From Candidatus Gastranaerophilales bacterium (GTDB lineage Bacteria; Cyanobacteriota; Vampirovibrionia; Gastranaerophilales; JANQFW01), in the NCBI GenBank assembly GCA_028280605.1, contig JANQLL010000143.1:4218-68217 (forward strand): a stretch of 64,000 nucleotides of DNA, given 5' to 3'. Positions 28,325 to 36,088 of the stretch are shown here, piece by piece. The translations under genes and the position numbers were made by a program. Position 1 is the first letter of the stretch; every line of letters begins with the position of its first letter. A model generated the notes under the pieces. The model ran no database searches and was not told the origin of the DNA. It worked only from the letters and a program-made list of their open reading frames with translations.

Positions 28325-28445
28325 ATTGCGCCACCCCTTATTATTTATGATTCCAACTGTTCGTTTTACTTGCATTCAACAGTTTGCCTGTTATCATGCC
28401 AGCCTCCTTTCTGTTTTACAATGATAATAAAATTTAGCTATCTAG

Positions 28446-28808
28446 TTATTCTTCTTCACCTTCGTCATCATAATCATCATCTTCTTCTTCAATAACTTGC
28501 ACTTTATCAAGTTCTCCAAGTTTTTCTATCATTTTATCGTCTTTAACTTCTTGTAAAAATCCATACCTTGTATAAGAGTTTCTTTTATCATAGAGGTCAT
28601 TTTTAGTTTTGGCATTTACCTCACAGAGATCGCCGGCAATAAATGTGATACATAAAATATCACGCTCCGCATCAGTTATATCCGCAAAATGTGCGTTATC
28701 TACATATTCGTCCTTGTAAAGGTCAATAAATTCCACCAGTGCATCTTCATCACCAGCAATAGCTTTTTTGCCTAGTTCATATAATTCTTGTGCTAATTCT
28801 GACAACAT
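28446..28808 (-). CDS. array cassette 1, family A small acidic protein; candidate cognate partner (immunity-like) of the upstream 634-aa protein
   Basis: Starts 30 nt after the 634-aa gene stop with its own RBS and lacks the conserved leader; poly-acidic tail EEEDDDYDDEGEEE. Confidence 0.7.
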   Translation of the reverse strand: MLSELAQELYELGKKAIAGDEDALVEFIDLYKDEYVDNAHFADITDAERDILCITFIAGDLCEVNAKTKNDLYDKRNSYTRYGFLQEVKDDKMIEKLGELDKVQVIEEEDDDYDDEGEEE

Positions 28809-28838
28809 ATTATATTTGTCCTTTCTAATATATTTTGA

Positions 28839-30743
28839 TTATTCAACATTTTTTTTAATAATAGTCCATTTTTCTGAATCTGTATTTGTCTTTAAAAGAT
28901 TCACAGTATCAGCTCGGAAGAATGTAACAACCTCATCTGTATGCTCATCCAAGACAACAACATAACGATCACTGTTTATTATTTTTGTTTTAATAATTTT
29001 AAAACCAGGTTCATCTTTCTTCTTTTCAAAATATCTCTGGCCTGTTTCTTTTGTTATTTTAATAAAATTCACGTCACTCACTTCATATCTATTAATGTTT
29101 GTTATAAGTCGATACTGCCCGTGCTTAGTAAATTTAAGCCCTTTTTTTTCGAGATCTCTGAGATGTTTAAAAGATTTAGTGACACCTTTAATCTTTACAG
29201 TATGTTTTTCTCCTTTAGGGCAGTAACGCACAAAATCTTTAGCTCTTTCAAGCTCTTCTGATAGAAGCTCTTTGGATTTTTCTATTTCTTTTATTGTAGT
29301 CTTTATTCTATCACGAATTTCTGCAGGACTTAAATTTTCTGTCGATTCACATAGCTCTGCTAGTTGCTCAGGAGGAAGCTTTCCTTTTTTCTTTTTGCTT
29401 TTTCTTTTTACTCCTTTAATCGTCTTTCCAATAGAGAATCCGCCTAAAGTTAATTCCGCTAAATTAGTTCCAATTGAGCCTGCATGCGCTATGGCCTCTA
29501 AGTCAGAATACCTATTTTCATATGTACCACCAGAAGGATGAGGCATATTTCGTATATCAGGCAGTTGATAAGGCTTATATTTCTTACCGGTATAAGTAGA
29601 AGCTAATCCAGTCAGCATATTCACTGAATCTTGCATGTTATCCCTTAAGGTTCTAGCTGCTCCATAATTGAATGCGTTTTGAGTATCCAGAATCGTTCTA
29701 TAGGGATTTTGTCTAAGAGCACCACCATAAGATTGAATACTATTATTCAAATAGTTGCCATAATCCATTAAACCTTGAGGCAAGTTTTTTATAACTTCAG
29801 GTATGCTTGCTATGCTGTTAATTCCTGCATCCATCAAGTTATACAGGCCATCATAATGAATAGAATAATCTGGGTCATACAAGTTATTTGGATTTAAAGA
29901 AGTAGTAAAAGGTTGCATCCAGGAGGGTGGTTCAGTAACTATTGGTTTTCTTCTTGTATTATTGCTATTTGAATCAAAATACGGCATTTGCTCAAAAGCA
30001 GGTGGAGGAACATCCAACGGCAAATCCCCACCAATCTTAGGATTGGTATTGATATTTGGCATAGGATTATAACCAGGTGCTCCTTGCCTCTGACGGCTAA
30101 GTTCACTATATGCTTTTGTCGTCGTAGATGTAATATTAAGAATATTATTGATTGCAGACTTAACTTGTTCTTTAGTAATACCGTCCTTAGGCTCTTGTGG
30201 GTCTTGAGGCTCTTTGGGCTTGACTGGAGGCGGTGATGGAGGAGGCTCTAGATACTCATTTTTTGTAATACCTAATATAAGTTTGCCTCTTTCACTGTCA
30301 TAAGTATATCCTTCACCTGCGTCAGCTCCTGGATTATCTTTATTAGCCATCAATGGAGCGGGTCTGGTTGGATTGAATGGGTCATAGCGCATTAATAAAT
30401 CATGAGTTTGTGGATCATAATAATACCAATCTCTAGGTTTTCTTGACCAGCTTGGCATCGGTACAGGACCAAATTCTGGAGGTATGTCAGGAAAATCATC
30501 AGGCCAAGGACTAAATCCCGGATCTGGATCATAATAATCCCAATAATCCCAAATGTCAGGTTTTCTTGGCCAGCTAGGCATAGGTACAGGACCAAATCCT
30601 GGATCGGGATAATACCCACTCCAAGGTCTACGCTTAGGGTAAATTCTAATTGCTTTAAAATTTTCACGTGGCGGTAATTTCACCGGAGAGTTAACCTCAG
30701 GTAAATGAGGTATCAATCCTGGATCAATATTTATCATTGCCAT
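28839..30743 (-). CDS. 634-aa modular protein: W/P/D-rich repeat N-terminus, Lys-rich linker, C-terminal ~180-aa domain resembling DUF4258/RelE-fold toxin modules (inference)
   Basis: Duplicated FGPVPMPSW.RKP..W.YYDP units, PPPSPPPVKPKEPQDPQEP linker, KRKSKKKKGK linker, and a C-terminal FTKHGQYRL...VSDVNFI...DRYVVVLDEHTDEVVTFFRA pattern. Confidence 0.5.
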   Translation of the reverse strand: MAMINIDPGLIPHLPEVNSPVKLPPRENFKAIRIYPKRRPWSGYYPDPGFGPVPMPSWPRKPDIWDYWDYYDPDPGFSPWPDDFPDIPPEFGPVPMPSWSRKPRDWYYYDPQTHDLLMRYDPFNPTRPAPLMANKDNPGADAGEGYTYDSERGKLILGITKNEYLEPPPSPPPVKPKEPQDPQEPKDGITKEQVKSAINNILNITSTTTKAYSELSRQRQGAPGYNPMPNINTNPKIGGDLPLDVPPPAFEQMPYFDSNSNNTRRKPIVTEPPSWMQPFTTSLNPNNLYDPDYSIHYDGLYNLMDAGINSIASIPEVIKNLPQGLMDYGNYLNNSIQSYGGALRQNPYRTILDTQNAFNYGAARTLRDNMQDSVNMLTGLASTYTGKKYKPYQLPDIRNMPHPSGGTYENRYSDLEAIAHAGSIGTNLAELTLGGFSIGKTIKGVKRKSKKKKGKLPPEQLAELCESTENLSPAEIRDRIKTTIKEIEKSKELLSEELERAKDFVRYCPKGEKHTVKIKGVTKSFKHLRDLEKKGLKFTKHGQYRLITNINRYEVSDVNFIKITKETGQRYFEKKKDEPGFKIIKTKIINSDRYVVVLDEHTDEVVTFFRADTVNLLKTNTDSEKWTIIKKNVE

Positions 30744-30865
30744 ACGTTCAACTCCTTATAATTTAAAGAAGCCCCATTATGGACTTCTTTACTTGCTAAC
30801 ACGTCATATATCACCAATAATAATACTTATTGGTAAACTCAAGTTATATCAAAAGCTTATTGCGA

Positions 30866-31123
30866 TCACTCAGAGCGCTTCACCTTTGCTTCAAATTCAT
30901 CAGCATTTTTTGCCATACTCTTAATCATTTCAAGAATCCGCCTCATACCAACCGCAATAAAATAATTGCTAATAGACCCAAAAAGCGTCAAAATATTTGC
31001 CCTCTGTATCATCCCCAGTACTTCACTATTCACGGCATTCTCAAAAACCTTATAAGCATCGCTTTTATAAAACTCACGTACCTTTTTGTTATCGTGATAT
31101 TGCTTAAAGCATTCGTTTTTCAT
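30866..31123 (-). CDS. hypothetical 85-aa protein with one hydrophobic segment; first gene of the toxin/array unit
   Basis: AAGGAG RBS; ILTLFGSISNYFIAVGM hydrophobic stretch; preceded by the structured leader. Confidence 0.45.
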   Translation of the reverse strand: MKNECFKQYHDNKKVREFYKSDAYKVFENAVNSEVLGMIQRANILTLFGSISNYFIAVGMRRILEMIKSMAKNADEFEAKVKRSE

Positions 31124-31150
31124 AAATAAACTCCTTATATTATTCAGAAT

Positions 31151-31300
31151 AAAAAGGGAACAGGCGGTGACCTTGACACCGCCTGCCAGACCGGACCAAG
31201 GTCCCGGTCTGTATAATGTGGGATCCCCAACTGGCGCACGCCATCAACAAGAAAAGCACCCATCCCCTCAGTTCCCTTCCCTGGAATGGAAGGGGAGGAT
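31151..31300 (-). ncRNA. GC-rich structured leader or small RNA ending in an intrinsic terminator
   Basis: Consecutive GC stems: cccttcc/ggaaggg (31274-31294), cagaccgg/ccggtctg (31187-31211), caggcggtg/caccgcctg (31161-31185). The last is followed by a T-run on the minus strand. Composition contrasts sharply with the AT-rich flanks. Confidence 0.4.
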
Positions 31301-31339
31301 CAAAAGCATAAAATATAAATAAAAAAATTAGTTTTTATA

Positions 31340-31381
31340 AAAAAGAAGAAAAAAGCGGGCCTGCAAAAGCATAAAGCCCGC
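31340..31381 (-). terminator. intrinsic terminator after the portal gene
   Basis: Stem gcgggc/gcccgc followed by a long T-run on the minus strand. Confidence 0.6.
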
Positions 31382-31407
31382 CAGACAAAAGGACGAGTAA
31401 GGGTATT

Positions 31408-33150
31408 TTACATAATAGGTGGAGGAACATTAGCAGGTGATGGGACCTCTTCAGGAGGTGCGCCTCTCATAGCTTGCATTTGCTGAACAAGAAAGTCAGC
31501 AAGCTGATTTTTCACCTGAGGCAGCATATCTGGTGGGAACTGATTAAGCAATACATCAAGCTTATCAGCCAGCACAAAACGCTCAGGGTGTTTGATATTT
31601 TGGAATTCTAACCAATATTTAAATGTTTCAGCAGTGTTAACAGGCGCACCTGCTACCATAAATTTTTCCAAACCCTGAACAAAATTATCTATTTCACCCT
31701 GACGCTGTAATAAGCCCTTACGATCAGTATAGTCATATTTATAAGAGCCTTGACGTACATCTGGCGTAATATTTAAGTTAATAAGCTGATGCTTCAAGTA
31801 TATAGGGATATTTTCTTCATCCAATTTAAAATTACCAAGCAAATCAGCAATTTTCATAATAATATCAATCAAAAATTCTTGAATCTCTTCAATAACAAGC
31901 ATCAAGCGTATTTGTTGCCCGTTAACAAGTATATTAGCCTCGGTAGCCGTTCTTGTAGAATCATCCTGAATACCTGCCATATAAGGAAATATCCCGGACG
32001 TACTTTGCATAACAGATTTAAAATAATCCAAAAACTTAAAATCAACCCAAGTAGAATCAAATCTAACAGGTTGAGGCATTTGTTGCACCTGCCAATTATC
32101 GATTGCATAATAACGCCCCGGCTCCCATTCAATATCGCCGGTATCATCAGCCAGACCTTCAGGTCCAATCATTGGTGGGTTTTGGACTAACTCTAATATA
32201 TTCATCATTCTGGTTAATATGTGGCTGGAAACCAAATTATGAGCAATCAACACCTTAAGCGGAGACACACCCCGTTTGGTTTCATGATCTTTTACCACCT
32301 GATAAATAACAAAAGGATTACTAATATAAGGATTTTGTTCAAACCTGATAACGTGTTTATTATCTGCAATAACAACAAGCCAATTTTTCAAATTCGTCCC
32401 GTCTGATAGCTTAACATCGCCCCAGCATTCTAGTAGTTCTATTTTGTTGGGTTCAGTAGACGCATGATATTTTTCTTTCAACTCAGACTTAACTTCTTTG
32501 CTAAGATTAAAAGTTTTTTCCTCCAGCAAATGCTCATAAGATATATGTTTTCTGCGTATTTTCAATGCCCTGTCAAAGTCCGTACAATCCACATCATAAA
32601 CAAAGTCTTTGCTGTCAACATTTTCTGTCTTAGGCCCGTCGTATACGGTTTCGTTTAATAAAACGAACTTATTTTCAGTCTCATCTTTTCGCCTAACCTG
32701 TTTAACCTTTGTTTGCCAACCGATTTCAGCAATAAACTCGCCATAAATCAAATAATTTTCAAGTATATCCCTGGACTCCTTTTTAAACTCCATATCTCTC
32801 AAAGCATATAAAAGCGCTTCTTTTTGCGCATAAGAATTATTATGGCTAACCTCATCCCTGCCCAAAACCGCAAAATTCTCCAGATGACTGTCCATATATT
32901 GTCTTAAATTTGCTTTAAGCGTTTCTTTTAGTTCATACATAGTATCAGTATCAATAAGATCATTATATTTGATATCTGACACAGCATCCCTGTCAATCAT
33001 TTTCAAAAGCGTTTCGCCATCTTTAAGATGTCTTTTTCTGCTATTATCAAATTTAACAAACTTGGAAGACAGCTCTTGAGCCAATTTTTCAGCCAAGCTG
33101 TCGCTAAGGCGGACTTCTTTATCCTCCTTAATAAACACAAAACTATCCAT
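31408..33150 (-). CDS. putative phage portal protein
   Basis: 580 aa, lying between the terminase/lysozyme genes and the capsid module. The call rests on size and position only. Confidence 0.55.
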   Translation of the reverse strand: MDSFVFIKEDKEVRLSDSLAEKLAQELSSKFVKFDNSRKRHLKDGETLLKMIDRDAVSDIKYNDLIDTDTMYELKETLKANLRQYMDSHLENFAVLGRDEVSHNNSYAQKEALLYALRDMEFKKESRDILENYLIYGEFIAEIGWQTKVKQVRRKDETENKFVLLNETVYDGPKTENVDSKDFVYDVDCTDFDRALKIRRKHISYEHLLEEKTFNLSKEVKSELKEKYHASTEPNKIELLECWGDVKLSDGTNLKNWLVVIADNKHVIRFEQNPYISNPFVIYQVVKDHETKRGVSPLKVLIAHNLVSSHILTRMMNILELVQNPPMIGPEGLADDTGDIEWEPGRYYAIDNWQVQQMPQPVRFDSTWVDFKFLDYFKSVMQSTSGIFPYMAGIQDDSTRTATEANILVNGQQIRLMLVIEEIQEFLIDIIMKIADLLGNFKLDEENIPIYLKHQLINLNITPDVRQGSYKYDYTDRKGLLQRQGEIDNFVQGLEKFMVAGAPVNTAETFKYWLEFQNIKHPERFVLADKLDVLLNQFPPDMLPQVKNQLADFLVQQMQAMRGAPPEEVPSPANVPPPIM

Positions 33151-33414
33151 AAGCTAACACCTTTCTTTAACTTAATATTTTTTTAAATTTTTAATTTTAA
33201 ACTTTCCGGCTTAATTAAAATAAGGTTAAATTTCAGAATATTCTTAAAATTCAACCTAAAAAGAAAATTTTTAAAAAAATTAAATTTAAACACTTGATTA
33301 CTAGAAACATCTTTGCTAATATGTTAGTAACCATAAATTTTATCATTTCCAAATAGATAATCATTTCCTAATCAGCTCAACTTGGGCTGATTTATTTTTT
33401 TAAATAGTTAAAAA

Positions 33415-33930
33415 TCAAATATAATTATTAAAATCATTTTGCCTCGGCATTCTTTGTCTTTTAAGCAACATCATTTTTACTTTATCTTGGGCTTCTTTAC
33501 CCAAAAGCGTTGGTTCTAATTCAAAAGTTTTTAATAAATTGGCATTATTTTGCGCATCATCAACTATTCTCATTTGATCCATATATTGATTTGAGTATGT
33601 ATTGTATTCTTCATCATTCTTGGCTTGACCCACCAAGTTCAAGAATTCTTCAGCTCTTTTGTTCCCTTCTTTAATAATCGTCATTTCGTTTTGTAAGGAG
33701 TTAGCTAGAATGTCTTTGTGGTTATTGTCAAATTGATAGTTATTAATAGGTTGTGAGTAGAACTCTTGCATTTTTAATGTATTAAAGTCATTTTCCAGAT
33801 TTTCAACATGCTGCATTTGTTGCATATATTGTTTTGCATAGTCATTATACTCATTATCATTTTTAGCAAACTTTACCATATTTAGCAGCTGTTCGGATTT
33901 TTTTTTTATTTTTTTCAATATCGGTTTCAA
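33415..33930 (-). CDS. hypothetical protein with two ~45-aa internal repeats
   Basis: Repeat (L/F)LN(M/L)V..AKND.EYN.Y..QYM.QM..V occurs twice. Start is uncertain (TTG at 33930 or ATG at 33879), and either overlaps the upstream gene end. Confidence 0.4.
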   Translation of the reverse strand: MKPILKKIKKKSEQLLNMVKFAKNDNEYNDYAKQYMQQMQHVENLENDFNTLKMQEFYSQPINNYQFDNNHKDILANSLQNEMTIIKEGNKRAEEFLNLVGQAKNDEEYNTYSNQYMDQMRIVDDAQNNANLLKTFELEPTLLGKEAQDKVKMMLLKRQRMPRQNDFNNYI

Positions 33931-35056
33931 TACTATTTTTTTTATCTATAGCATTGACAGCCGGAGCATTAGTAACCGGTGTTTTAATATCGTTAACCTT
34001 TATGGTGTTAGCGTTATTAGTTTTTGTATCTACAGCTTTAAGATCATTAGCGTTAACATTTTTATGAATATGAAGTTTGTATACATTATCAATTTTATAA
34101 TTATTATCTTTTTTGATATCTCCTGGCTTTATATTATTTGAAATTGTATCTATTCGACCGGTAAAAGTTTTAAGTTTATCTTTTTTATAGCGATCATAAG
34201 TAAATTCTTTTGAGTAACTGTCAATCTTGATTTTATTTTTTTTGTAGACATTAGTAACATTTTGTAATTCTTGGCTTGTTATATTATTTGGATCATTAAA
34301 AAGCCCAAAGTTATCAGCACTGCCATAATATCTGTTAGCCAATCCCTGTCTGACTCCAGCAGAATTCTTTGGGCCATTGGTATTATAAGCTATTTCATAA
34401 ACTACTTCGGCTCTATTTCCTTTATCTAATGCAGCCATTAAGCCTTTACCTATCAAACCTGTTCCGCCATTATATGCTAGGTTTTCAAGCACTGCTATTT
34501 CTTTCGTATATTTATATTTATCATATAATCCCTTTTTATATTTATCTAAATGGCTTTTTAACTCCTTTCTTTTTTGATTTGCATCAACATTAAATAGAGC
34601 TCTTGCTTCATCATCTTCTATGCTAGTTGTCCATTTTGTATCGGCAATCAGTTTTTTAGCTTCGGCAACTTTTCCTTTTTGCAACTTTTTTCCTATTTCT
34701 TCAAGCTTTTTTAACTCATCTTCACTTAATGTTATTTTTGCTTCTTGCAAGGTAGAGTTTATATCTTTTTTTGTGTATCCGTTATTAAAAAGGTTATGCC
34801 CATAGCCAATAGTGGGTATGCCAGTTCCATCATCGTAAACTAATTTCTTATAGCCTTCATCTTTTGCAACATCATTAAATAGCTCATTATTCATTTCTTG
34901 TTGAGCATCTGTTAATTTTGTTAAGTCATCCGTTATTGGTCTTAATTTTATATTAAAGCTTACTAGTCCTTTAAGTGGAGGCGTGCTGCTTTGTTTTTTT
35001 GCGTTAACTTTTTTTTCTTCAGATGAAGAGGTATTTATTATTTTTTTTGTATCCAT
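33863..35056 (-). CDS. GH24 (T4-type) lysozyme domain protein with long C-terminal extension
   Basis: AKDEGYKKLVYDDGTGIPTIGYGHNL matches the T4 lysozyme catalytic motif DEG....Y.D..G..TIG.GH. Confidence 0.8.
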   Translation of the reverse strand: MDTKKIINTSSSEEKKVNAKKQSSTPPLKGLVSFNIKLRPITDDLTKLTDAQQEMNNELFNDVAKDEGYKKLVYDDGTGIPTIGYGHNLFNNGYTKKDINSTLQEAKITLSEDELKKLEEIGKKLQKGKVAEAKKLIADTKWTTSIEDDEARALFNVDANQKRKELKSHLDKYKKGLYDKYKYTKEIAVLENLAYNGGTGLIGKGLMAALDKGNRAEVVYEIAYNTNGPKNSAGVRQGLANRYYGSADNFGLFNDPNNITSQELQNVTNVYKKNKIKIDSYSKEFTYDRYKKDKLKTFTGRIDTISNNIKPGDIKKDNNYKIDNVYKLHIHKNVNANDLKAVDTKTNNANTIKVNDIKTPVTNAPAVNAIDKKNSIETDIEKNKKKIRTAAKYGKVC

Positions 35057-35116
35057 AAGTATATCCTTTCTGTTATTATTATATTAAATAATTTTTTATA
35101 TATAGGGAGAAATGGA

Positions 35117-36004
35117 ATGAAATCCAAAATAATAATTATAAGCAGCGCAATTCTAACAATATTAGGCATTACAATTTTTTCGCTTATAAGCAAGCCGGGA
35201 GAGGATTATTTAGTTTATAAAGATTCTTTAAGATTTTTTAAAGGCATAAAATACTATTTAGCAAAAAATGAATATATAACTCAAGACGAAAAATTTTGTA
35301 ATGCATTTTTTAATGATTTTAAACAAGAAAAAAATATAGAAGTAATAGAACCCGTAGTTGTAACTTCTGATATTAATGATCCTAAGTTCAAAAAATACAC
35401 TGGCGAATCACTTGATTCAAACCAGCATTGCAGGATGTACTATTGTTCACTAAAAGATCTTTTAACTAAGCACATAGACTATGCACGACCACTTAAAAAA
35501 TTTCTTTACTGGCATAATGAAACTATATTGCACTTGTATGGTAATGAATATACTGCCCGACATTTTAAGCTGTATGATATTGACTTTAACAATACCCCTG
35601 AAGACGGCAAGCATTCATTCTTTATCAGTCAAAATTATACTATGAGCAGGTCGCATAATAATTTAGATGAAATAAAAGATATTTTACCAACTCTTGTATA
35701 CGAAGTAGCAGTTAGAGATTATATTACCCATTATGAAAAATACAAATATGATTCTGATAATTATTTTATCGTAGATTTTAATATTCCTAAAATACACTAC
35801 TCTTCTAACATTGTTAACTATAAAAGCACTGATTTAGGTTACTCCTATGATTACCACTTGGGAATTATAGAATATAAAAAGAAAATATATATGTACGATA
35901 TTAACCATAGATATTTTAAGTTAACTGAACTCCCAGCTAAACCGGAATGGCAATCTAGCTTTAGAGTTGAACGCAAATGTATCTTTTGGCCTAAAAAATT
36001 ATAA
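35117..36004 (+). CDS. hypothetical membrane-anchored protein (opposite-strand cargo)
   Basis: N-terminal TM helix IIIISSAILTILGITIFSLI; 295 aa; no recognisable domain. Confidence 0.5.
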   Translation: MKSKIIIISSAILTILGITIFSLISKPGEDYLVYKDSLRFFKGIKYYLAKNEYITQDEKFCNAFFNDFKQEKNIEVIEPVVVTSDINDPKFKKYTGESLDSNQHCRMYYCSLKDLLTKHIDYARPLKKFLYWHNETILHLYGNEYTARHFKLYDIDFNNTPEDGKHSFFISQNYTMSRSHNNLDEIKDILPTLVYEVAVRDYITHYEKYKYDSDNYFIVDFNIPKIHYSSNIVNYKSTDLGYSYDYHLGIIEYKKKIYMYDINHRYFKLTELPAKPEWQSSFRVERKCIFWPKKL

Positions 36005-36088
36005 ATTTCAAGATTCTGTTAAATAATCTTTTATACATAGGGAAAAACCAAATGAAATCTAAAAATATAATAATCATAAGTAGCACTC

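Noticed and set aside
27435-28375. 17-codon N-terminal extensions (MQVK(L/R)T.GIINNKGWRN) given by the ORF track for 27123..27485 and 28004..28375
   Set aside because: The other eight cassettes start at the internal MLS/MLT methionine with an AAGGAG/AAGGGG RBS. The extension lies in leader sequence that is out of frame or closed in the other copies.
24847-28445. The leaders as remnants of 3' ends of displaced orphan toxin genes (frame ..KGGWHDNRQTVECK-stop, faintly like the 634-aa gene end ..KKNVE-stop)
   Set aside because: The open stretch is only about 14 codons and is preceded by a stop, and the similarity is limited to a few nucleotides. That is too little to claim orphan toxin fragments.
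24466-28808. The regular ~440-nt periodic array could be mistaken for a CRISPR-like or satellite repeat
   Set aside because: Each unit is a full-length ORF with an RBS and conserved protein-level motifs. The conserved non-coding part is only about 70-135 nt and carries an SD and ATG, and there are no short repeat/spacer units.
30392-30667. 91-aa alternative-frame ORF inside the 634-aa gene
   Set aside because: It arises from the duplicated Trp/Pro-rich repeat region read in another frame. It has no independent RBS and is nested in a better-supported gene.
31151-31300. Partial resemblance of gatggcgtgcgcc and accgcctg to fluoride (crcB) or ZTP riboswitch cores
   Set aside because: Key conserved elements (CUGAUGA for fluoride; GGGUCGUGACUGGCG...CCGCCUGGGC for ZTP) are missing, and the downstream genes are unrelated to those ligands.
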